From the IMG/VR virus record IMGVR_UViG_3300009149_000022, positions 9,727-73,726 of that record: 64,000 nucleotides of DNA; one strand, written 5' to 3'. This DNA comes from a virus. A model generated the notes under the pieces. That model saw only the letters and a program-made list of their open reading frames with translations. It ran no database searches and was not told the origin of the DNA. A program made the translations under genes and the position numbers. Of this stretch, positions 49,502 to 59,176 are shown in pieces (position 1 is the stretch's first letter; each line of letters opens with the position of its first letter).

Positions 49502-51151
49502 ATGATTAAAGCAGATAAATATTATATTCAAAATCTAAAGGAAATACTTTTTCAAAATAACATAGATGAAAACCCAAGACCATCATACAAAGATGGAACT
49601 AAAGCACATACTAAGTTTATTACACAAGTTTTTGAAAAGTATGATATATCAAAAGGTGAATTTCCAATAACAACATTAAGAAATACTGCAATTAAAACAG
49701 GTATTAAAGAAATGCTGGTTATCTACCAAGAACAATCAAATAAGTTGGTTGATTTTGAAACTGCTAAATGTGGTTGGTGGTCGGAATGGATGAACGAAGA
49801 TGGTGATCTAGGTAGAGCATATTCACATAATATGGAATCACACCGACCTAATGAGATGCAAAAAACTATTGTTAAGGTTAAACCCAGAATAGTTGATGAA
49901 AAATATTCAGAGATGCTGAATATAATGGATATTAACGATACTTCTCTGGTTGCAAATCCGATAAAAATATTTGAAAATTATCAATTAATTCGTGAAGATA
50001 AGAAATCTAGGAAATATGTGTTGCAAAATATATCAACAGGGGAAATACAAGTAATAACGCATAAAACATATAAAAAGTTGTTAGATGGTGACCCTTCTTT
50101 TCTAATAAGAAAAAGTCCATTCTTGTATTGTAGGAATAATGAAGGTGTTGGTTATTTAGGAAATTATAAAACAATTAATGGTTATAGTGATGCAACATTA
50201 AAATTACTCAGGGATAAATGGGTAAACATGTTAAGAAGATGTTATTCTGATAAATATGAATCACATAACGATGTTTTTGTACACCAAGACTGGCATAGTT
50301 TTGAAAACTTTCTGAGAGATGTTAGAATGCTACCACAATATCATTTAGCAAAAGAAAATAATTTCGATGGGTGGGATTTAGATAAAGATTACTATGGTAG
50401 TAATTGTTATAGTAAAGATACTTGTGTTTTTCTTTGCCATAAGGATAATGTTTTATATGCTAGTTGTTATCCAATTAAGGTAACTAAACCTAATGGTAAT
50501 ATTGAACATACAATAAATATTAGAGGTTTTTGTGCTGAACATAATTTATCTAAAACTTGTTTATTGAAGGTTATTAATGGTAAACAATCGCACCACAAAG
50601 GTTATAAATTTGAAAAGATTATAGATACTGAAAATCTGTATAGATATGAACTTTCTAATAACCAATTAACCTCATTATTAGATGGTTTAGAAAATAATCC
50701 ATTTGGACGTAGACACATTATGTCATTTTGGAATTGGTCTAATATTGATAAGAAGGAACTTGTTGAGTGTGCGTTTGAAAGTTTATGGACACCTCGAAAA
50801 GTTGATGGTGTGATGTATTTAGATATGACATTAACACAGAGAAGTCAAGATGCTATTATGGCAACATATATCAATAAAACCCAATATGTTGCATTGCAAA
50901 TGATGGTTTGTAAACATTTAGGTTTTGAGGTTGGTGTGTTTTCACACATGATTCAAAACTATCATATTTATGATAGACATGTAAATGCTTGTAATGAATT
51001 ACTTGCAAGAAAACCTTTGAATTTTCAACCTTCGATGAAATTAAATGTTCCAAACAAAACAAACTTCTATGAAATAAAGATACAAGATTTTGAAATTATC
51101 ACATCTAAAAACATCAAGAAAATAGAATCAGAATTAGAGATTGCTATTTAG
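49502..51151 (+). CDS. thyA: Thymidylate synthase (B. subtilis ThyA/phi3T type) with in-frame endonuclease-like insertion
   Basis: FPITTLR, WWSEW, RRHI, ECAF, QRSQD, INKTQY, HIYDRH. Confidence 0.9.
   Translation: MIKADKYYIQNLKEILFQNNIDENPRPSYKDGTKAHTKFITQVFEKYDISKGEFPITTLRNTAIKTGIKEMLVIYQEQSNKLVDFETAKCGWWSEWMNEDGDLGRAYSHNMESHRPNEMQKTIVKVKPRIVDEKYSEMLNIMDINDTSLVANPIKIFENYQLIREDKKSRKYVLQNISTGEIQVITHKTYKKLLDGDPSFLIRKSPFLYCRNNEGVGYLGNYKTINGYSDATLKLLRDKWVNMLRRCYSDKYESHNDVFVHQDWHSFENFLRDVRMLPQYHLAKENNFDGWDLDKDYYGSNCYSKDTCVFLCHKDNVLYASCYPIKVTKPNGNIEHTINIRGFCAEHNLSKTCLLKVINGKQSHHKGYKFEKIIDTENLYRYELSNNQLTSLLDGLENNPFGRRHIMSFWNWSNIDKKELVECAFESLWTPRKVDGVMYLDMTLTQRSQDAIMATYINKTQYVALQMMVCKHLGFEVGVFSHMIQNYHIYDRHVNACNELLARKPLNFQPSMKLNVPNKTNFYEIKIQDFEIITSKNIKKIESELEIAI
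49832..50659 (+). mobile_element. In-frame HNH-like endonuclease/HTH insertion in ThyA (boundaries approximate)
   Basis: WVNMLRRCY...W.SFENF..D...LDKD...YSKDTCVF and a terminal FC.EHNL...SHHKGYKF (NUMOD1-like). Confidence 0.75.
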
Positions 51152-51184
51152 TTGATTACATATACTAAAAGGTAATCCTAAATT

Positions 51185-51322
51185 ATGGTCGGTATTTATA
51201 GAATAAGAAATATAATTTCAAAAAAGTCATATTATGGTTCTTCTAAGGATATAGAAAAACGATTCAAAAGACATAGGATTATTAGTAAAAATAAAAAATA
51301 TGAAAATTACAAATACGAATGA
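51185..51322 (+). pseudogene. Internally deleted GIY-YIG endonuclease remnant (45 aa)
   Basis: MVGIYRIRNIISKKSYYGSSKDIEKRFKRH...KNKKYENYKYE. Confidence 0.85.
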
Positions 51323-51566
51323 AATGATTGCTCAGCAAACTAATATGGTTGCTGGAGAATTAATCGGAAACTTAGGAGATACGCACTTGTACTCAAATCA
51401 TATCGAGTATGTAGAAAAACAATTAACAAGAACTTCAGTTGAAACTTGTAAGCCTAAGTTAGTTCTAAATAAAGCTAAAGATATTTTTAGCTATAAGTTT
51501 GAAGACTTTAAAATAGAAGGTTACACTGCTCACCCAAATTGGAAAGGAGTATCAATTGGAATATAA
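51300..51566 (+). pseudogene. thyA: Orphan C-terminal fragment of a second (E. coli-type) thymidylate synthase
   Basis: MIAQQTNMVAGELIGNLGDTHLYSNHIE...DIFSYKFEDFKIEGY.AHP. Confidence 0.88.
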
Positions 51567-51960
51567 CCCTTATTATATTGAACCGCTAGATAAAGAAAAG
51601 CTGGCAAGCTTAGATATAAATCTAAATGAAAAACTAGAATTCAAAGAACGCGTATTAAATGTCATAGAACAAATAGAGAATAAGCACTTTATTATAATCG
51701 AAACACATGCTAAACCAACAGGTGAATATGGTTTTTTGCATTCTTGTCACATTTTATTAAATTACAATTTTTATGGTATGTTAGTTTTCTCAAATGAGGG
51801 TTATGAAAGAGATGACTCAAAATTAGAATGTGTTATACCCGCAGATTATCATTATAGTAGAAGTCAACAACTTGTTAGAGGTATACACAAAGCAATTGAA
51901 ATAATACCCGAAATAAATGAAAAACTTAACATTATAAATGAAAAACTTAACAAATCATAG
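51556..51960 (+). CDS. Hypothetical protein
   Basis: ORF track. Confidence 0.6.
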   Translation: MEYNPYYIEPLDKEKLASLDINLNEKLEFKERVLNVIEQIENKHFIIIETHAKPTGEYGFLHSCHILLNYNFYGMLVFSNEGYERDDSKLECVIPADYHYSRSQQLVRGIHKAIEIIPEINEKLNIINEKLNKS

Positions 51961-52261
51961 AAAAGAAAAAAGATTTCAAGAATGTAATTGGATAGAAAAG
52001 TTATGGAGGTACCGTTGGTACCTTGCACTTCCTTTTATGTATATTTGGAATAAATTCTATATGGGACCGATTCCTGGACACAAATGGGATGAAGAAAAAC
52101 AAGAACACGTAGAAGTTCCACCATTATACCCAGATGGTAAATTAGTTTGGAAAATAACTTTGGGTCTAGTTCAAACAAAAATGCATTGGTACTATACATC
52201 AGAAGAAGTGTTTGAGCGATTACACGACAAGTTAAATAAGAAAACTAAATTAATTAAATGA
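51938..52261 (+). CDS. Hypothetical protein
   Basis: Trp/Tyr-rich ORF. Confidence 0.6.
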   Translation: MKNLTNHRKEKRFQECNWIEKLWRYRWYLALPFMYIWNKFYMGPIPGHKWDEEKQEHVEVPPLYPDGKLVWKITLGLVQTKMHWYYTSEEVFERLHDKLNKKTKLIK

Positions 52262-53235
52262 AAGATTACAGACATTTCTTATTCGAAGCAAAAGATTACA
52301 AGGTAACTTGGTTGAAAAAAGAACCTGTTAAATCATCAGTAGAAAGTAAAAAACTGAAAGAATTGATTGAAACAGGAACTAATGAACTGTATAACATTAT
52401 ACACATTACAGATAAAAAAATTCCTACTATTGATAAGGATGCACCTATATTAGTTTATTTTGGTACAGACAAAGATGGTATTAAACTTTTAGAAGACCAA
52501 GGAATAAGTCAAGATGATGTTTATAATCGTACAGAAGAGGCAGCGAAAAGTATGAAAAAAGATGATTGGCATAACATTTTAGGTGATGCTGATTGGATAC
52601 CGAAAACCGTAATAGATTCTAAAAAAATTGATGAATTAGAATTTCCTATCATTGCAAAACCAAGTGAAGGACATTCAGGAATAGGAATAATGAAATTTGA
52701 CACTATCGAAGATTGTCAAAAAGAACTTGACAAAGAAGATTGTGACCTTGATACATTTAGTGAAGTGATTAAAGACATTGATACTGAATTTAGATTTGTA
52801 TTCGTTAAAGACAAATTGTTTTTAGTACACGAAAGAATTCCAATAGAAGAAATTAACAAAACTATTGACACAAAGAAACCTGATGAATCATTAGGATTCT
52901 TATATGTTGAGCAAGACCTTGAAAAAGAAGAATATGACATTTCTGAAATAGTAAAAGAATTTAGAGATAAAATAAATCTTGATTTCTATGCATTAGATGT
53001 AATGAGAGATAATAAAGGTAAGTATTGGGTAATCGAATCCAACAGTGCTATTGGTATGGGTGGTAATACTATGGCGAGAGCATATGAAGCAATATACAAA
53101 GATTATTATGGAACATCTGTACCTAGTGAAAAAACGGAAATAGTGGAAAAAATATGTTCCGAATATTACAAAGAGATAAATAAAATGTACCCCAAAGAGG
53201 TTTCAAAATCTAAAAATCCTAAAATTTACAATTAA
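52258..53235 (+). CDS. ATP-grasp ligase (RimK-like)
   Basis: IPKT, FPIIAKPSEGHSGIGI, EFRFVF, YALDV, WVIESNS. Confidence 0.85.
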   Translation: MKDYRHFLFEAKDYKVTWLKKEPVKSSVESKKLKELIETGTNELYNIIHITDKKIPTIDKDAPILVYFGTDKDGIKLLEDQGISQDDVYNRTEEAAKSMKKDDWHNILGDADWIPKTVIDSKKIDELEFPIIAKPSEGHSGIGIMKFDTIEDCQKELDKEDCDLDTFSEVIKDIDTEFRFVFVKDKLFLVHERIPIEEINKTIDTKKPDESLGFLYVEQDLEKEEYDISEIVKEFRDKINLDFYALDVMRDNKGKYWVIESNSAIGMGGNTMARAYEAIYKDYYGTSVPSEKTEIVEKICSEYYKEINKMYPKEVSKSKNPKIYN

Positions 53236-53291
53236 TTTAAAATAAAACTTGTATTATTGTCCTTTAATTATTAAATTGGTGAAATATTATT

Positions 53292-53561
53292 ATGAAATAC
53301 ACAGTAGACACTAAACTGAAAAAGATTGAATTAGAAATAGAAAATCCCGTGGATTCTAAAACTCTGATACAAAATTTAGAAAAAATAGAAGAACTTTTTC
53401 CTGAATATGAAATTATTTCGGTTAATCAAAATACTCGCGAAAATGGTATACCATGGGTAAACCCATTAAATATTGGTGAACCGAAATGGCCCATTTTCCC
53501 TTACGATGGATCTTCTGGAAACCCATATACAATTACTTGTAACAACACAAATCAAACTTAA
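53292..53561 (+). CDS. Hypothetical protein
   Basis: ORF track. Confidence 0.6.
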   Translation: MKYTVDTKLKKIELEIENPVDSKTLIQNLEKIEELFPEYEIISVNQNTRENGIPWVNPLNIGEPKWPIFPYDGSSGNPYTITCNNTNQT

Positions 53562-53568
53562 TAATAAT

Positions 53569-53760
53569 ATGTTAGAAAGAGAAATAGTAGATAATTTGAA
53601 CGAAAAATATAAAGGAAAATTTATATTTGAAATAACAGATGTCGAACAAGAAATTGTGGGGTTTGTTGATGATAAGACGTTTAAAAATATAATTGCTGTC
53701 ATAGAACCCACAGAAAGTGAGATGAATAGACTTATCCAACACATCGAAAAATACACTTAG
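53569..53760 (+). CDS. Hypothetical protein
   Basis: Start revised to ATG 53569. Confidence 0.55.
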   Translation: MLEREIVDNLNEKYKGKFIFEITDVEQEIVGFVDDKTFKNIIAVIEPTESEMNRLIQHIEKYT

Positions 53761-53795
53761 TATATATTATTATTGTTTCACTTAATAACAATTAA

Positions 53796-54389
53796 ATGAA
53801 TAGATTAATAGAATTGATGTTAATAGTATATTCGTGTACTTTTGCTAATAACATTGAATTAAATGAAAAAAATCCTGTTAATTTCACTACACCAAAAAAT
53901 ATCAACGTAGATACTTTGATATGTGAAAAATCTAATTTTCATGAAAAAAAATCATTTAACGAATTTTTAGAAAAATTGGCATTTAGAGAATCCAGTGGTA
54001 ATTGGAAAGCCATTAATAGATTTGGTTATATGGGAAAATATCAAATGGGTAAATTAGCATTGCGGGATATTGGTATGGATTCCATAACACCCATCAAATT
54101 TAGAAAAGATTCTTCTATATTTTCAGAAAAACTACAGGATGTTGCAATTAAAAAATACATTAGAAAAAATAGAAAATATCTAAAAGATTGTATTGAACGT
54201 TATAGAAACACTACGATTAATGGAATATTTATAACAGAAAGTAGTATTTTAGGTGCAGCACATCTAGTAGGACACCGAAGTGTTAAAGAATGGTTAAATT
54301 GTGGTGGATTAATTAAAAAGGTTGATGGTAATGGTACTACTATAGAATCGTATTTGAAACTATTTTCGGGATATAAAATATCTTGTTAA
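53796..54389 (+). CDS. Lysozyme-like / lytic transglycosylase protein
   Basis: LAFRESSGN, GYMGKYQ, LGAAHLVG, DGNGT. Confidence 0.75.
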   Translation: MNRLIELMLIVYSCTFANNIELNEKNPVNFTTPKNINVDTLICEKSNFHEKKSFNEFLEKLAFRESSGNWKAINRFGYMGKYQMGKLALRDIGMDSITPIKFRKDSSIFSEKLQDVAIKKYIRKNRKYLKDCIERYRNTTINGIFITESSILGAAHLVGHRSVKEWLNCGGLIKKVDGNGTTIESYLKLFSGYKISC

Positions 54390-54391
54390 AT

Positions 54392-54667
54392 ATGAAAAAA
54401 GAATTGAAATACAAAACACCCGAAGAAATATTAAATGAATCTAGGACTATTGTATTAGAAGATTCCTTGGTGTGTGATGGGTTTATAGTATCATTTTACA
54501 ATGAACAAGATGAAGAACTAATCGACATAATAGTTAATAATAATCAACTCGACTATCTAATACAATTCATTTTAGACAATAATGAAAATATAAGCATATA
54601 CAAAAAAGACTTGTCTAATTTGATTATACCATCTAGACAAAAACTTTACGAAGACATTTATTTATGA
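54392..54667 (+). CDS. Hypothetical protein
   Basis: ORF track. Confidence 0.55.
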   Translation: MKKELKYKTPEEILNESRTIVLEDSLVCDGFIVSFYNEQDEELIDIIVNNNQLDYLIQFILDNNENISIYKKDLSNLIIPSRQKLYEDIYL

Positions 54668-55053
54668 AAAAAATAACAACTATTGAAAAAGACTGTCTGT
54701 ATTTGTGGATAGAAAAACCCAAAGATCCAAAATTAAAATTTAAGAAAAAAGACATAATAATAGGAGACTCTATCGGAGAATATGTAAGATCACAGGGGAT
54801 GATAAAACTCAAAAAGTTTTTTGAAAAGGATTTAAAGAGGGAAAGAACAGTTGCATATAGATACGAAAAAAGATTTTCTAAAGAACGTGATTCTAAGTGG
54901 TTTATAATATCACAATCTGAATTAAACAAAAGTAAAATTCAAGGTTGTAAAACATTTAATAAAATAACTATGTTGACACATAACGATTTTGAAAAAACTA
55001 ATGGTAGAAAACCACTTCGAAAAAAACATTATTATTACATAGTTACTTTCTAG
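54664..55053 (+). CDS. Hypothetical basic protein
   Basis: ORF track. Confidence 0.55.
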   Translation: MKKITTIEKDCLYLWIEKPKDPKLKFKKKDIIIGDSIGEYVRSQGMIKLKKFFEKDLKRERTVAYRYEKRFSKERDSKWFIISQSELNKSKIQGCKTFNKITMLTHNDFEKTNGRKPLRKKHYYYIVTF

Positions 55054-55066
55054 TATTAAATATACT

Positions 55067-55576
55067 ATGAAAAGTCTAAATGAATTTTATGGATTTCAAG
55101 CATTAGGTAGATTACCACAATCAATTAATTTAAGTAAAGAAGATAAAACAAATTTATCTAAACTGAAATGGAATGATATTCAAATGTTAGATCCAGAAGG
55201 AACTAGTTCGGGTAACACTAATATTTTTTCATTAAACTTCGATTTAGGCATTCTTAATCATTTATTACCGGGTATCGTTTTCACTATTGAACAAGATAAT
55301 AGAACAGAACTTAATCAACCACATATACAATTACACAAAGATTTACAAGGTATTGGTTTAGCAACTAAGTTATATAGACTAGTACTAGAAGAATTTGGTC
55401 ATTTGGTCTCTAAGAAATCTAAAAGATTATCGAATAAAGAAATACAAGGTCTTTATGATAGACTATCCAAAGATTCTAAGATTGACTTGTTCAAAAAAGG
55501 TGGAAATATTCTTTTATTACATAAAGAAAACCCAATACACAACGAAATTAAAAAACTGTTTGAAATAGTTAGTTAA
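55067..55576 (+). CDS. GNAT-like acetyltransferase with capsid-targeting-like leader
   Basis: LHKDLQGIGLATKLY (acetyl-CoA-binding motif A); MKSLNEF leader. Confidence 0.65.
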   Translation: MKSLNEFYGFQALGRLPQSINLSKEDKTNLSKLKWNDIQMLDPEGTSSGNTNIFSLNFDLGILNHLLPGIVFTIEQDNRTELNQPHIQLHKDLQGIGLATKLYRLVLEEFGHLVSKKSKRLSNKEIQGLYDRLSKDSKIDLFKKGGNILLLHKENPIHNEIKKLFEIVS

Positions 55577-55598
55577 ATAAATAAAAAAAAGAATTCAA

Positions 55599-55787
55599 AT
55601 GAAATCATTAAGCGAATACGAAAAATCAATAAACGAAAAAAGTAATATTTATGTTATTAAAGATTCTGATGTGGCAGACATTTCAGTTTCTAAAGACAAA
55701 GATGGAACGATAGTTTTGACTCAATCTGGTAAAAAAATATATATGTCTACTGAAGCCATTGCACAATTGGTGGGTATGATAAAATAA
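55599..55787 (+). CDS. Small internal-protein-like
   Basis: MKSLSEYEKSINE leader; TTAAATA upstream. Confidence 0.6.
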   Translation: MKSLSEYEKSINEKSNIYVIKDSDVADISVSKDKDGTIVLTQSGKKIYMSTEAIAQLVGMIK

Positions 55788-55796
55788 AGAATAAAA

Positions 55797-56678
55797 ATGA
55801 AAAACATAAAGGAATATAACAAATTATTGAACGAAAAATACAATGTACAAACTCGTACAAAGGTTGAACCAAAGATGTTTGAAATGAATGGCGATTTTGA
55901 AAATGATTTATACTATGAAATTATTGATAAATTAGAAGTTGACCATAGTGATGCTGAAGGTTTAGTAATGGCAAAACAAAAAGAAGTTGAAAAATACTAC
56001 AAAAAAGGTAAAACCCCATCTGAAATTGTTAAGGTATTGTGGTTAAGTGAAGGAACACACAATGATGATATGTATTACAAGGAAATTGCCGAAATGAGTG
56101 GTTTGAGATTAAGTGCAATACAAAACTTTGCTAAAGAACACAAATTGGATGCTATGGATTTCATGCAACAAGTAGGTCAAAAGAAAATTGACAAAAAAGA
56201 TTTAGTGTCTGCTATTGCTGGGGGTAATAACAATAAGTACAGTAAAGATATTGTTAAAAAAGTTAAGCAAACCAATGAATCTTTGGGGGAAAGTGTAAAA
56301 TATACAGACCAAACCGGTGCAAAGTCAGCACTATTTAAAGATACTGAATTTGTTAATCTTTTCGGCCCAAAAGAACACAAGTTTATTGTAGGTGCTAAAA
56401 TGTTTAAGAGTTCTACTGCAATTGTTTTCACCGATGGTAAACAAGCAATAGTAATGTCAAAGAATAAACCTTATTCAATTATCAAGAAATTGGGCAAAGC
56501 ACCTAAAGAAATCGCAAACTTAGTATTTAAAGAATCTATGTATGAACACGCACCGGGAGATACCGGCGTTATTAACATCGACAAAGAATGTATGGATAAG
56601 CTACACAAACATGGTGAGTGTGAAGTTAAATTAGGTGGTGCAACATACAAACTAAAGTTTGATACTGCGGCTGAATAA
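55797..56678 (+). CDS. Multi-segment internal-protein-like
   Basis: MKNIKEYNKLLNE leader; internal MFE/LSE/TNE/LGE/FKE/MYE sites. Confidence 0.6.
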   Translation: MKNIKEYNKLLNEKYNVQTRTKVEPKMFEMNGDFENDLYYEIIDKLEVDHSDAEGLVMAKQKEVEKYYKKGKTPSEIVKVLWLSEGTHNDDMYYKEIAEMSGLRLSAIQNFAKEHKLDAMDFMQQVGQKKIDKKDLVSAIAGGNNNKYSKDIVKKVKQTNESLGESVKYTDQTGAKSALFKDTEFVNLFGPKEHKFIVGAKMFKSSTAIVFTDGKQAIVMSKNKPYSIIKKLGKAPKEIANLVFKESMYEHAPGDTGVINIDKECMDKLHKHGECEVKLGGATYKLKFDTAAE

Positions 56679-56699
56679 TCGACACAAAACATTTATTTA

Positions 56700-56730
56700 A
56701 AAAGGACTAAAATATTTTAGTCCTTTTTTT
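56700..56730 (+). terminator. Intrinsic terminator (near-identical to 5420-5450)
   Basis: AAAAGGACTAAAATATTTTAGTCCTTTTTTT. Confidence 0.8.
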
Positions 56731-56754
56731 GTTTTAAATATTAAAGATTTTAAT

Positions 56755-57138
56755 ATGAAAAAATACCTAGATTGTGTTTCTACATTTCACGAAAAGTTCA
56801 AAGTATCCCAAAACGATTCACCTACACTAATAGACGAAAATGATTTTTTGTTGAGACATAGGTTAATGTCAGAAGAAAACCAAGAATATTTAGAAGCATG
56901 TGCAAAGGACGATTTAGTAGAAGTTGCGGATGCACTAGGGGATCAATTGTATATTCTTTGTGGTACTATTTTGAAACACGGACTCCAACACAAAATAGAA
57001 GAAGTCTTTGATGAAATTCAAAAAAGTAACCTTTCTAAACTAGATGATAATGGCAATCCTATTTTTCGTGCAGATGGAAAAATACTAAAGGGTACTAATT
57101 ATTTCGAACCAAATATTAAAGATATATTAAATGTTTAA
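56755..57138 (+). CDS. MazG-like/PRA-PH nucleoside triphosphate pyrophosphohydrolase
   Basis: EENQEY, EVADALGDQLY, SNLSKL, DGKILKG. Confidence 0.88.
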   Translation: MKKYLDCVSTFHEKFKVSQNDSPTLIDENDFLLRHRLMSEENQEYLEACAKDDLVEVADALGDQLYILCGTILKHGLQHKIEEVFDEIQKSNLSKLDDNGNPIFRADGKILKGTNYFEPNIKDILNV

Positions 57139-58171
57139 AGAATTAAAGAAATTTGTAGATGACAATCCTATTAGAGTAACTGTGTGTGAAAAGACTGGAA
57201 TAGGATATGCATACACATTCAACGGTAATACTGTTGCATATTATGAATTAGATGGTAATATAGATGTGTATAACGATTTGATATTACCTAATGCAAATGA
57301 TTTTGAAAATATAGATGATGCTATACACTCAGATGGTGTTATCTTTGATGAATACCCATACGATTTTTACATAGGAGATTGTGAGGTTTCTGAACCTAAA
57401 CAGGTTTCTGCAAACCAATTTGTAAATGCACTTTCAACATTTACAAATTTTTATGATATCAATAACATTCATAGTGAATATAGGGGTATTCATATTAAAG
57501 ATGGTAACATGTTTGCAACGAATTCTTATGTTATGAGAATAGTTAAAACGGCTACTTTTGATAAATCATCAAACATGGTTATAAACTTTAAACCCGTTGT
57601 TGACTTTATGAATATTAACACTAAGAAAATAAAAACAACTGGAAAGTCTTTATTCGATTCAAAATCAAAGGATGATAAAGTATCAATATCAACGTATAAT
57701 AAAGGTGGTTAAGATGTTCTTTTAATTGATTATAAAGGGTTAACTTTTAGAAATCATAGTATTTGTAAATCAGAACTAGATTTTCAATTTATTGCAGAAT
57801 CTAATAAGAACTTAGATAAAACTATCAAAGTTTACAGAAATGATTTATACAGGGCATTGAACAACTTACTAAACGAACCTATTAAAGACAAGAATAAGGT
57901 TAAGAATGCATTTGTTTTTGAACAAGTTGATGATAAGTTATTAGTATATCCCTATATCAAATTTAAAGACGATAGGGGAGATATTTTAGAAACTGTCAAT
58001 GCACAATCGAATATTGACACAAAGTTGATTACAAACGGGGAAAACCTCTTAAATGTACTCAAACATATTAATGATGAAATCATAGAATTGAAACACAATT
58101 CAGAAAGTAAAATTTGTAAGATTTCATCTAAATCATCTAAAGAAGACTATTATTTAATTTTTAATGTTTAA
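57131..58171 (+). pseudogene. DnaN (beta-clamp)-like protein interrupted by one in-frame TAA (57710-57712)
   Basis: ORFs 57131 and 57857 are in one frame with only that stop between them; GIHI...FATNSY and NGENLLNVLK...YYLIF resemble DnaN domains. Confidence 0.5.
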
Positions 58172-58239
58172 TTGAAAGGGATAAATTTTATTTACCCCTT
58201 TTTTCTTTTATATTTCATTTAAGTTTCGTATATTAGAAT

Positions 58240-58524
58240 ATGAAAAAAGGAGATTTTATTATTTGGGATAGTCGTTTCGGATATGACATTGGGTTTTATT
58301 CAAATGAAAAGGGGGTAATGTATAATACATGTGAAATATATCTTATTACAGGGATTTCAAGTGGTAGATTTAGTGCATCACACCACGAAGTTAAACCTTT
58401 TACAAAAGAATTGGTGGAAGAACTAAATGAAAGATACACTTATAAGAATAGTATTATCTGGACATATGAAAATTTAATAGAACGATTAAATATTAGACAA
58501 AAAGAATTCTTACTTAATGAATAA
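58240..58524 (+). CDS. Hypothetical protein
   Basis: ORF after a TATATTAG motif. Confidence 0.6.
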   Translation: MKKGDFIIWDSRFGYDIGFYSNEKGVMYNTCEIYLITGISSGRFSASHHEVKPFTKELVEELNERYTYKNSIIWTYENLIERLNIRQKEFLLNE

Positions 58525-59128
58525 ACTAACTAAACATATAGTTGAAAGAAAAGATTATCATTTTTTAGACCCTAATAAAAGCAATGAAATTAATGTTTTT
58601 GATTTGGACGATACACTTGTATTATCTTCCGCAAAGATTAAAGTACATGACACAAAGACTGGTGAAAATTTTGAACTAACCCCACAAGAATTTAATGATT
58701 ACAATTCTAAACCACACCACAAACATGATTTTAGTGATTTTTCATCACTAGAGGTATTAAAAGCTGGAAAGTTGATTGATTGGGTTGTTGATATTTTAAG
58801 ACAAACATTAAAAAAGAAAAAGGCTGTTGGGATTATAACTGCTAGAAGCGATCAACAACTAATAAAAGACTTTTTGTTACACCATGATATTAATATCAAC
58901 AAAGATTTCATATTTGCAATAAACGATCCTAGACACGGTTTTAGTGGTTCTATACCAGAACGAAAAAAACAAGCCTTTCAAAGACTAATTGATTTAGGAT
59001 TCAACGATTTTAAATTCTTTGATGATTCAAAAGAAAATATAGACTTTGCTAAACAACTAGCCAAAGAAAACCGAAATATTAAAATGGAAACCAAGCACAT
59101 AAAACAAAAATGGATTCCAAAATTTTAA
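58517..59128 (+). CDS. HAD-superfamily phosphatase-like protein
   Basis: FDLDDTL, ITARS, K, FFDDS..N. Confidence 0.8.
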   Translation: MNKLTKHIVERKDYHFLDPNKSNEINVFDLDDTLVLSSAKIKVHDTKTGENFELTPQEFNDYNSKPHHKHDFSDFSSLEVLKAGKLIDWVVDILRQTLKKKKAVGIITARSDQQLIKDFLLHHDININKDFIFAINDPRHGFSGSIPERKKQAFQRLIDLGFNDFKFFDDSKENIDFAKQLAKENRNIKMETKHIKQKWIPKF

Positions 59129-59144
59129 TAAAAACCCATATTCA

Positions 59145-59176
59145 TTTGCAATTGTAAATTTAAATGACTATATTTA
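59145..59176 (+). promoter_or_regulatory. Bacteroidota-type sigma-70 promoter (TTTG-N20-TATATTTA)
   Basis: Matches the -33/-7 consensus TTTG-N19-21-TAnnTTTG with one mismatch. Confidence 0.55.

Noticed and set aside
49502-51151. dCMP hydroxymethylase (DNA hypermodification) or an intein in ThyA
   Set aside because: The dUMP-specifying Asn is present (INKTQY); the SHN and SNN near the insert edges lack the accompanying Hint blocks
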